A stretch of DNA of 64,000 bases from Podarcis melisellensis (Eukaryota), in assembly GCA_964234715.1 (NCBI GenBank), contig OZ174275.1. The stretch is one strand, 5' to 3'. Each line of letters opens with the position of its first letter. The stretch's first letter is position 1. Below the pieces are notes generated by a model that was given only the letters and a program-made list of their open reading frames with translations, did no database searches and had not been told where the DNA came from. The position numbers and the translations under genes were made by a program. Positions 12,501 through 24,500 of this stretch are shown here, piece by piece.

Positions 12501-15500
12501 AGGCTGGTCAATAGTTTCTTCTGATCTTACTAAGAGGATAGTGAAAGCACATCTCGTTGAAAATCACGAATACTTCTTCCGTGTTTGTGCAGAAAACAAA
12601 GTAGGTCCAGGTCCAGTTGTCGAGACCAAAACTCCAATCCTTGCTATTAACCCTATTGACAGGCCAGGTGAGCCTGAAAACCTTCACATTGCAGAAACAG
12701 GAAAGACATTTGTATATCTGAAATGGAGGAGACCAGACTACGATGGTGGCAGCCCCAACTTAACATACCATGTTGAAAGAAAACTGAAGGATTCCGATGA
12801 GTGGGAAAGAGTGCACAAAGGTAGCATTAAGGAAACACACTATATGGTTGACAAATGCGTTGAAAATAAAATTTATCAGTTCAGAGTTCAGACAAAGAAT
12901 GAAGGTGGTGAAAGTGACTGGGTGAAGACAAGTGAAGTTGTTGTTAAAGAAGAAATTCTGAAACCTGTACTTGATCTGAAGCTGTCTGGAGTACTGACTG
13001 TGAAAGCGGGTGAACCAATAAAAATTGTAGCAGGACTTAGAGGCAAGCCCCAACCAGAAGTATCTTGGGCAAAGGATTCTGCCGATCTATCCCAATCTCC
13101 ACGGGCCAAAATTGAAACAACTTCAGACTCATCTAAGTTCCTTCTCTCCAAAGCAAGGCGCACAGATGGTGGTAAATACGTTATTACTGCCACTAATCCA
13201 GCTGGTAGCTTTGTAGCATATGCTACTGTAAATGTTTTGGACAAACCAGGACCTGTCAGAAATTTGAAGGTGGCTGATGTTTCAAATGACCGATGCACAG
13301 TCAGCTGGGATGTACCTGAAGATGATGGTGGTTGTGAAATACAGAACTACATTGTAGAGAAATGTGAAAGCAGACGAATGGTTTGGACTACGTATTCCTC
13401 CTCTGTGCTAATGACCCATATACATGTAACACATCTCATTGAAGGCAATGAATATATATTCAGGGTCCGTGCAGAGAATAAAATGGGCACTGGTCCCCCA
13501 ACAGAGACTAAGCCAATTATAGCAAAAACAAAGTATAATAGACCTGGTCGTCCAGATCCTCCAGAAGTCACAAAGGTCAGCAAAGAAGAGATGACCGTAG
13601 TTTGGAATCCACCAGAATATGATGGTGGTAAATCAATCACAGGATATATATTAGAGAAGAAAGAGAAAAGGTCATTAAGGTGGGTTCCTGTTACCAAAAG
13701 TGCAATTCCAGAGAGACGCAAGAAAGTTACAAATCTCATTCCAGGATATGAATATCAGTTCCGTGTCAGGGCAGAAAATGAAATTGGAATTGGTGAACCA
13801 AGCTACCCATCAAAACCAACAATAGCGAAGGATCCAATAGGTACTGAGCTTTCCAATATTTTTTTGTTAGTAATACTTCAATTTAAATTATGTTTCTCTG
13901 ATTCACTGATATGCTTACTTCTGTACTTTTCTGTCATCTTACAGAACCACCTGGTCCTCCCATTAATCTTAAGGTTGTTGATAGCACGAAGACCTCTATT
14001 ACTCTTGGATGGGGAAAGCCAGTCTATGATGGTGGTGCTCCTATTATTGGCTATGTGGTAGAAATGAGACCCAAAACTGAAAAAGCAGGTCCTGAAGAAG
14101 GATGGAAAAGATGCAATGTTGCTACACAAGTTATTCATACAGAATTTACAGTGACAAGCTTGGAGGAGAAAGAACTATATGAGTTCCGAGTTTCTGCCCA
14201 AAATCAAGTAGGCATTGGCCGGCCAGCTGATTTGAAAGAAGCTGTTTCTCCCAAAGAAATTCTTGGTAATTTTGCCAACAGGCCATTAAATTATTTGCTA
14301 TCTTACAAATTGCTTTCAAAATCTAAACTTTTAATGTTCCTTTTCAGAACCTCCTGAAATTGATTTGGATGCAAGCCTGAGAAAGTTAGTCATAGTCAGA
14401 GCAGGATGCCCCATAAGACTTTTTGCCATTATTCGAGGGCGACCAGCACCTAAAGTTACCTGGAGGAAGGTGGGAATTGACAATGTGATCAGAAGGGGCC
14501 AGGTTGACCTGGTTGACACAATGGCCTTCTGCGTCATCCCCGATTCTACACGGGATGATTCAGGCAAATACACTTTGACAGTTGTTAACCCTGCTGGAGA
14601 AAAGGCAGTCTTTGTGAATGTCCGTGTCCTTGGTGAGTAATGTCAATAATTTTAACATCTATTAATTGTTGTTCTGTGATTTATGAATGTATTATTCATT
14701 GCAGTTTCTTTTCCATGGGACTCTGCCCACTTACTTTGAATAATTGCGGCCTAATAGTGGTTGTTTATTGTTTCATTTCCTCCAATAGATACTCCTGGAC
14801 CTGTAGCAGAGCTTAGTGTCAAGGATGTCACAAAAACGTCCTGTCAGGTTTCATGGACTCCACCTGAAAATGACGGTGGTAGTCCTGTCACACATTACAT
14901 CGTGGAAAAACGTGAGGCTGAGAGAAAGACCTGGGCAAAACTTACCGATGATGTAAAGAAGACTAGTTTCAAGGTTTCTAATCTTATGCCAGGAACTGAG
15001 TATTTCTTCAGAGTCATTGCTGTCAATGAATATGGCCCTGGTGTTCCAAGGGACACGCCCAAACCAATCCTGGCAACAGATCCGCTAAGTAAGTATTTAT
15101 TGATGTAGCTTCTATATTATTTCATTCAGGAGATTCAGATTTTGTATGATAGTTCAGATAGTCAAAATCAGTTGTCACTGTGCATAATAAATAAAAATAA
15201 TAATTAATAAATAAATTCATTATTTATACCCTGCCCATCTGGCTGGGTTGCCCCGGCCACTCTGGGCAGCTTCCAACAAATACAAGAACACAATAAAACA
15301 TCAAACACTAAAAAATTCCTGATACAACACTGCCTTCAGATGCCTTTAATTTCAGGTTGGGGGAACTCAGGCATTAATACTCAAAAATATCCCTGTGGCT
15401 TGGGGGTATTTTGGGGTGAGTGCTTTGACAATGTGTCTTGAGACACATATTCGACTCACAAACCCAGGGCTCACCTGACAAAGAAGGAAATTTATCCCAA

Positions 15501-18500
15501 TCCTTGACTGGGGAGCAACAGAATGTAGACAGACACATGCCCAAGGAACAAGAGGAATGCTTCCCTCATATTTATGAGATAACTTCACCTCCCTGCACTT
15601 ATTTAACTGACTTGTTGTTTGACAGATCTTCTGTTTGCTATATTTCAAAGAATATAACCTGTCCACAAATACATTGCCAGCTGAGTCTTCTTCCAGGGTG
15701 TGGAGGCAATGTGTGGATCACAAAAAACAATAAAATCAGAATAGAAGTACTGTATTGGCCTGAATATAAGCCTCACTTTTTCTCCCAAATTCTGACTGTG
15801 AAAAGTTAAAGTGCGGCTTAAATTCGCGACCTTACAAAAATTGGCTTTTACGATATTGCTGCTAAAGCAGATATATGGTAAAAAGGAAAGGGTGTGAGTG
15901 CCTGTGGAATTTTAAGGGAGCAGCTTATATTTGGGTATTCTTTTTCTCTTTCCCCCTCGAATTCTAAAGGTGCTGCTTATAGTTGGGTGCGGCTTATATT
16001 CGGGCCAATACGGTACTACAAAGTTCAAAGAAACCACTGGTCTCATGATTTATGTATTCAAATGAAAAAATAAAATAATACAATATATTCTGTGTTTCCC
16101 CACCCCCACTAATAAATCATGAGAAGATGTAATGATCTTAGAGATTATGTAAACTAAGCATTTGCCTGCCTGTTTTATTTTTCAGGTGAACCTGATCCTC
16201 CAAGGAAACTTGAAGTGACTGAAATCACAAAGAACAGTGCTACTTTAGGGTGGCTGCCACCCTTGCGTGACGGTGGTTCCAAAATTGATGGCTACATCAT
16301 TGCATATCAAGAAGAGGGTCATGCTGACGATCACTGGACACAGTACTCCGTTGTCAAAGATCTTCATATTGTTGTTGCTGGCCTAAAGGAAGGAAAGAAA
16401 TACAAATTTAGAGTGGCTGCAAGGAATGCTGTAGGAGTAAGCCAGCCAAAACAAACGGAAGGCGTCTATGAAGTTAAAGAGCAACTGAGTAAGTAGCTAA
16501 CTATGACCACTTGTACAACTGAAATATAATTCAATTATTTTGATTTTGTATCTAAATTTGGATGTCACCTCTTAAAGATATTTAAAATTAAGTCCTGTCA
16601 CGTAATCTGATGTCTTTAGTGACATTCCTTTTTTAATGGGTTTATCGGGTTTTCCCCAAAACAGCAACATACAAAGACCTTCAAAAGGGTCTACAAAAAT
16701 ACTTCACAAATAGGCTCATTGGCTCTGAGATCTTCTATAGCAAAGTATTAGGTGTTAATTCTGGCCTGAAGAGTACTGAATGTGGGTCCCAGGCCCAGAA
16801 GGCAGTTTCTTAATAGTTCGCTTCATTTATGCAGAAGTTTACCTTAAAAATTTGGGCACCTCCCCATTATAAGATGTTGTGAAGCTTTCTGCATCCGAAT
16901 AATAGGACAGCTATACAGTTAATTAAATAAAATAGCACACTGCTCAGACCTTAGAATAAACCTACAAAAGAAGCTAGGAGGAAATGAATCAGGGATATTA
17001 TATTTCAAGGATATTAGGGGGAATACAAGTTATTGGGGCTAGTTCCTTGGTGACTATTTGAAAACAAACAGTTTTGGTTTGGGGACATAATATCAGACCT
17101 TTTGCCTTACTTCTGCAGAATATAGATCAGAAGTGGCTAGTCCGTGGCGTAGCCACACCTCCAGACACTGTTGGACTGCAACTCTCATCTGCTGCAGCCA
17201 GCATGGCCAGTGGCTATGGGTGTTGGAAGTTGCGGTCCAGCAACATTTGGAGAGTTGCAGGATACCCCCAGTCAAGAGCATGAAAGCTGTCAGGAGACTG
17301 ACATTTGTTTTCGGGGGGGAAATGCATGGTTGTTTCAAGTAAGAAGGATATCAGCTTAAGATTGTGAGAACTAATTCAAAATACATATACGTAAGTTATT
17401 AATTTTTGTGTGTGACCTATGTGTCTGTTTCCTATCGTTTGATTTTTAATTTCAGTGCCACCTAAGATTCTGATGCCAGATCATGTCAATATAAAGGCTG
17501 GGCAGAAACTCAGGATTGAAGCACATGTTTATGGGAAACCCCACCCAACTTGTAAATGGATGAAAGGAGACAAAGATGTGGCAATATCCAGCCGCCTGGC
17601 TGTGCATAAAGCAGACAGCACTTCGGTTCTCATCATTAAAGATGTCATTAGGAAAGACAGTGATTATTACAGTCTAACAGCAGAAAACAGCTCGGGAGTA
17701 GCTACTCAGAAAATCAAAGTGGTCGTCATGGGTACATTGAATCTTCTTTTCCATGCTTACTTCTCAACATTCTTAACATGATTCATCAATGAGCATGACC
17801 TTATTTATACCTGTATGTTTATCTCTTTCTGTAGATATCCCTGGTCCACCACAGCCACCATTCGAAATTTCTGACATAGATGCTGATGCTTGCTCTTTGT
17901 CATGGCATACTCCTCTTGAAGACGGTGGTAGCAACATCACCAACTACGTGGTTGAGAAGTGTGATACCAGTCGAGGAGACTGGATAACAGTGGTAGCTTC
18001 TGTTACAAAGACGAATTGCAGAGTTGGAAAACTCACCCCTGGAGAAGAATACATGTTCCGTGTTCGTGCTGAAAACCGATTTGGAATTTCTGAACCGCTT
18101 CCGTCCGATAAGATGATTGCAAGGTTTCCATTTGGTATGTCCACCTCAGACAGTGGTGCAGTCTTTATTAGAATACTTCTAAGGGTGAAATGATTTTTTA
18201 AAAATAAATAAATTCTCATCTCTTTCTCTACAGATGTTCCTAGTGAACCAAAGAATGCACGTGTTACCAAGGTGAACAAGGACTGCGTTTTTGTGGCATG
18301 GGACAGGCCAGACAGCGATGGAGGCAGCCCAATAACTGGTTATCTCATTGAACGTAAAGAAAGGAACAGTTTGCTTTGGGTGAAAGCCAATGATACACTT
18401 GTGCGATCCACAGAATACCCATGTGCAAATTTAATTGAAGGCCTTGAGTACACATTTAGAATCTATGCTCTGAATAAAGCTGGGGCAAGCAAGCCTAGCA

Positions 18501-21500
18501 AACCAACAGATTTTATTACAGCAAGAACACCAGTTGGTAAGCAAAACATTTGCATACATTGCATTGTGTATAACTATTATTGTTAATACTGAGCCGACTT
18601 AAGTACCGTAACATTAGGAGAATATGGGCAAGACTAAACTTTCTTAAACTGCACTGATTTCAACAAATAAGGTAAGCATTTGCTTATTGAATTCCAATGA
18701 AAAGCCTTGATTTTGGCTAGATTGTGCCCAAAGTTTAATTTCTCTGGATTTAAAAAGAAAGAAATATACCATGTTTGTTCAGTGATATGCATCCTTTGTG
18801 TTGTGATATTTTCTATCAAATGCCGTAGAATAAACCTGACCTCATTTGTTTTTAGATCCCCCTGGCAAACCCGAGGTTATTGATGTCACTAAGAGTACTG
18901 TGTCTCTTGTCTGGGCAAGACCAAAACATGATGGTGGTAGCAAGATACTTGGCTACTTTGTTGAATCCTGTAAACTGCCTGGAGAAAGATGGGTACGATG
19001 CAATACCACTCCCCATCAAATACCCCTGGAAGAGTACACTGCAACTGGTCTGGAAGAAGGTGCACAATATCAATTTAGAGCCATAGCAAAAACAGCAGTG
19101 AACATTAGCTGGCCTTCTGAACCTTCTGATCCAATAACCGTTCAGTCAGAAAATGGTAAGGAACGCATTTGAGTACCATTAGAATTGAGCAAAACTTTTA
19201 TCCTTCTCATTGTTACGTGCTCATTGGAATGTATTTCCCCCCCTCCCCTTCTATATTTTTTTTTACACTGCAGTACCACCAAAAATAGAACTCGGTGTAG
19301 CTATGAAATCCTTGCTTGTAGTAAAAGCTGGAACCAATGTTTGTCTTGAGGCTAATGTGTTCGGCAAGCCTATGCCAACTATTAGTTGGAAAAAAGAAGG
19401 GGAGCTCCTGAAACCAGTTGAAGGAGTCAAGATAACCACCAAGAGAAATTTATCTACTGTGGAGCTCTTCAGCGTAAATAGAAAGCAAACAGGAGATTAT
19501 ACAATCACAGCTGAAAATGCAAGTGGTTCCAAGTCAGCAACTATTAAACTTAAAGTACTAGGTAGGCTAAAAGTTCATTTGAATCAGTGTATTTAAACTT
19601 CAGGAAATGTAGCAGTTGGAAGACTTCACTCACCGCCTAATTTTTCTTTCCCAGACAAGCCTGGTCCTCCAGCTTCAGTTAAGATTGTAAACATGTACAC
19701 AGACCGAGCAATGCTTTCTTGGGAACCTCCTCTTGAAGATGGAGGCTCAGACATTACTAATTACATTGTCGACAAACGGGAAACAAGCAGACCCAACTGG
19801 GCTCAAGTCACCGCCAATGTCCCCATCACTAGCTGCAGCGTTGAGAAACTAATTGAAGGACATGAGTACCAATTCCGCATTTGTGCTGAAAACAAATATG
19901 GAGTGGGTGACCCCATTTTGACTGACTCAGCAGTGGCTAAGAATCCATATGGTAAGCTTCTCTCACTGGATTTTTCTACCCATTTAGTGTCAATCTATGT
20001 TTTAGCATTTGCTTAAGAACATTTCAAATTATTATTTATAGATGTGCCTGGACCATGTGAACCACCGATAATTAGTAACATAACAAAAGATTTCATGTCG
20101 GTAAGCTGGAAAGCACCTGCTGATGATGGCGGATCCCCTGTAACTGGATATATTGTTGAAAAACGTGAAACGAGGGCAGTTAACTGGACAAAAGTGAATA
20201 GAAAGCCCGTCATTGAAAGAACCATAAAGGCCACTGGACTCCAGGAAGGAACAGAATATGAGTATAGGGTAACTGCACTGAATAAAGCTGGACCCGGCAA
20301 ACCTAGCGGAGTATCTAAAGCAGTATATGCACGTGATCCTCAGTGTAAGTTGAACACATGCACATTTTCCGGTCTTCTGTGACTTTGTGAGTGTGTGCAA
20401 ATGGGTTTGCCAGATCATAATTGTGTAATTTCTTGGTGCTTTCCTTCTCAGATCCTCCTGGCCCACCAGCATTCCCAAAAGTGATTGATACCACCCGTAG
20501 CTCTATAACCCTGTCTTGGACCAAACCAGCATATGATGGTGGAAGCCCCATTATTGGCTACCTTGTCGAAGTAAAACGAGCAGATACAGATAACTGGGTG
20601 CGGTGCAATTTGCCAAGGAATTTGCCAGATACCCGTTATGTTGTGACTGGACTCACGGAGAACACAGAATACCAGTTCCGCATTTATGCTGTCAATAAGG
20701 TTGGATATAGTGACCCAAGTGATGTGCCAGACAAGCACATGGCCAAGGACATTTTAAGTAAGTTGTCCTGAAAAGAAATTGACTTGTTGACTTTCGTGCA
20801 TATTGTGGGTATCAGTATAGAAGGTTTAGTGGAGGGCCTATGAGAAACTAGGGGCTCTGTGCTGAACTGTTTCATGAACTCACATATGTCTAGTCTTTAA
20901 ACCACTTTTCCCTCAGTTGTTAAAAACCACACAATCTAGCCACATGCTCCTCATTCTGCTCTGTTTCTAAAATTTTCTTGAGAATGGAATCCTCAGCTTT
21001 TCTTTCCAGCTGCACTATCATTGTTGTACATTTTCCTCTACCCAGAAACACGCTTGCTCCTTCTCTGTCTTGTGTGAAAGAAAACAATGTCCTCCTTCTG
21101 AATAATAATGCAAAGGTATCATGTTTTGAGTGCAAGGCAAGCACACTTTCCCAATGGGAAGCTCCTAGATAGTTGTAGAAAAGTAGGGACCGCAACTTGA
21201 CTGAAAGTGTAGAGTGGATTCCTCTCAAAACAAAGGGAGAGAGAAGAATATGAGAAACCACTGGTGTCTGGCTGGGTGGCATGAAAGCTGGCAATTAGGG
21301 AAGGAAGGCTAGAGTAACATTTAGAGAGATTTCCTCTCTTTTACTCATCCGCTTGCTTTTTCTAAAAAAGAAAAAAGAAAGCCTGAGCTTTATTCCCCCT
21401 AACATTGTATTTTTGTATTTTTTTCTCTTTCCTTTCCATTCCCATCCTGCCTCAACCACTGACACTGATTTTTTAAATTATATTTTAAATTGCTATCATC

Positions 21501-24500
21501 AGCAATTTATTTGACATCTACTTTTATTTACAATGCAGTTCCACCTGAGGGAGAGCTTGATGCTGAATTGAGGAAAGTTCTGGTATTACGTGCTGGAGTC
21601 ACAATGAGGATTTATGTGCCAGTGAGAGGCCGTCCACCTCCCAAGATTTCTTGGTCTAAAGTGGATGCCAACATAAGAGACAGGCAAGGACTAGATATCA
21701 AATCAACTGACTTTGACACTTTCCTGCGCTGTGAAAATGTAAACAAATACGATTCTGGAAAATATGTCCTGAGTCTGGAGAACGTCTGTGGCAAAAAAGC
21801 ATACACAATGGTTGTCAAAGTACTTGGTAAGTGCTACGTGATTGCCTATTATGGTCTTAACTATCCATACACGTTTTATTTTATATATTTTAGTCATTAA
21901 CTGGAATGGTTTATTTGCATCTGTACAGATACTCCTGGGCCACCTATTAATCTGATTGTAAAAGAAGCATCTAAAGATTCTGCCTTTATTTCATGGGAAC
22001 CTCCTATAATTGATGGCGGGAGTCCAGTGAAGAACTATGTGGTTGAAAAACGTGATGCAGAGAGAAAGTCGTGGTCTACAGTAGCCACAGAGTGTCCGAA
22101 AACAAGTTTCAGGATCTCTAACTTGGAGGAAGGCAAATCTTACTTCTTCAGGGTTTTTGCTGAAAATGAATATGGCATTGGCGACCCCTGTGAAACTCGG
22201 GATGCGGTTAAAGCTTCTGGTGAGAATATTCACATGATTACCCTATCAGGCTATTGTTAAAAGGCTCTTGTGCATTTAACTTTATATTAGCGATCTGTTC
22301 ATCATTATATTCTTTTCTCCCTGCTAGAAACACCTGGACCTGTTGTGGACTTAAAGGCTTTGGCTGTGACAAAGTCATCCTGCAATGTATCATGGAAAAA
22401 GCCCATTAGCGATGGTGGAAGCCGCATTAATGCATATATCGTTGAACTTATGACTGGTGAAAATCAGTGGCAGGAAGTTATGAGGTCAAAGAATCTCCAG
22501 TATTCAACAAGAGACTTAACAGAAGGCAAAGAATATACCTTCAGAGTGAGAGCACAAAATGAAGCTGGGTATGGAACACCTAATGAAATTACAGTGCTGG
22601 CAAGGGACGATATAGGTGAGTAGATTCATACATTTTCTCGTTCACAGACTACACTGCATATGTCAGTATAGTGAACGATAGAACTACCCCATGAGATAGC
22701 CATGCCAGTCTAATAAAGCAAAAATAGCAGAGGTGTCACAAAACCTTTCGTTCTTTTACAGAACAGAAGTTACTGAAATGAAGCAACTGTATTCACTGCA
22801 CTAAACATACAATAATAATAATAATAATAATAATATAATTTATTATTTATACCCCGCCCATCTGGCTGGGTCCCCCCAGCCACTCTGGGCGGCTTCCAAC
22901 AAAACACTAAAATACAATAACCTATTAAACATTAAACGCTTCCCTAATCAGGGCTGCCTTTAGATGTCTTCTAAAAGTTTGGTAGTTATTTTTCTCTTTG
23001 ACATCTGGTGGGAGGGCGTTCCACAGGGCGGGCACCACTACCGAGAAGGCCCTCGGCGCTGGACCTCAGTGTCCGGGCTGAAAGATGGAGGTGGAGACAC
23101 TCCTTCAGGTATACTGGACCGAGGCCGTTTAGGGCTTTAAAGGTCAGCACCAACACTTTGAATTGTGCTCGGAAATGTACATACAATCATTCAATACCTT
23201 TTTGTCTTCCAGTGGCACCTGATCTTGATTTAAAAGACCTGCCAGGCTTGTGCTATTTAGCTAGAGAAGGAAGCAGTTTCCGCCTGAAAATCCCTATTAA
23301 AGGCAAACCAGCACCAACGGTGACATGGAAAAAAGGGGAAGACCTGGCTCTTACTGAGTCAGGAAGAGTTGCATTCGAAGCTACAGCAGTTAACACCTCA
23401 CTCCTTGTGCGTGATTGTCATAAAGATGATGCTGGGAAATATACAATCAAACTGAAGAACATTGCTGGCAGTAAAGAAGCGACTATTTCTGTGAAGGTTG
23501 TTGGCAAGCCTGGAATCCCAACAGGACCTGTGAAATTTGATGAAGTCACAGCTGATGCCATGACATTAAAATGGGCTCCCCCCAAAGATGATGGTGGTTC
23601 AGAAATCACTAACTACATTATTGAGAAGAGAGACAATGTGAATAATAAATGGGTCACATGTGTGTCTGCTGTGCAGAAAACTACCTTCAGAGTCACAAGA
23701 CTCCATGAAGGCAGTGAATATACTTTCAGAATCAGTGCTGAAAATAAATATGGAGTCGGCGAAGGTCTTAAATCTGACCCAATAATCGCAAGGCATCCAT
23801 TTGGTAAGCACACAAAAAATATGTTTGTTGTGAAGCATTCTGTCATTTAAGGTTCAGCCTAATTCTCACTTATATTTATTATATTTCTAGATGTTCCCGA
23901 TGCTCCACCACCACCCAAAATTGTTGAGATTAGGCGTGATTCTGCCTATTTAACATGGACAGACCCCAAAAAGACAGGTGGCTCACCTATCACAGGTATT
24001 TCTTTTGACATTTAATTTTGCATAAGATTCCCCAGGGTGTTAAATCCTAGGTTCACAAATGCCAGTCATGATGTAACACATGTTCCTACCCTCCACCAGC
24101 TTTTGCAATGTCTAGACCCAACTAACGTCGAGGCTCTGGTGTCTGTAAGGCCCCAGGGGGGCATGTTGAGAAGCAGCATGTTGAGATTCAAAGCCTTCCA
24201 GTGCCACAAATCAGGGAGATACTGAGCCACATTTCCAACGGGAGGGGATGATGGCAGAAACTGCTCAGAGATATCAGACAAGGATGCTTTTGCAAATTAA
24301 AAAAGTTGGTTCCTATCCACCCCCATTTTTGTTTACCTTTTGAAATACTAAGCATGTGTTTCCTGTGCTTGTATGCTTTTGTAGGTTACCACCTTGAATA
24401 TAAAGAAAGAAATAGTATTTTGTGGAAGCGAGCAAACAAGAGCCCACTAAAGATGAGAGACTTCAGAGTGACAGGGTTAACGGAAGGTTTGGAATATGAA

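Noticed and set aside
10879-14061. ORF running through intron 13841-13944
   Set aside because: Intron is 104 nt, so retention frameshifts and stops; not an isoform-preserving event
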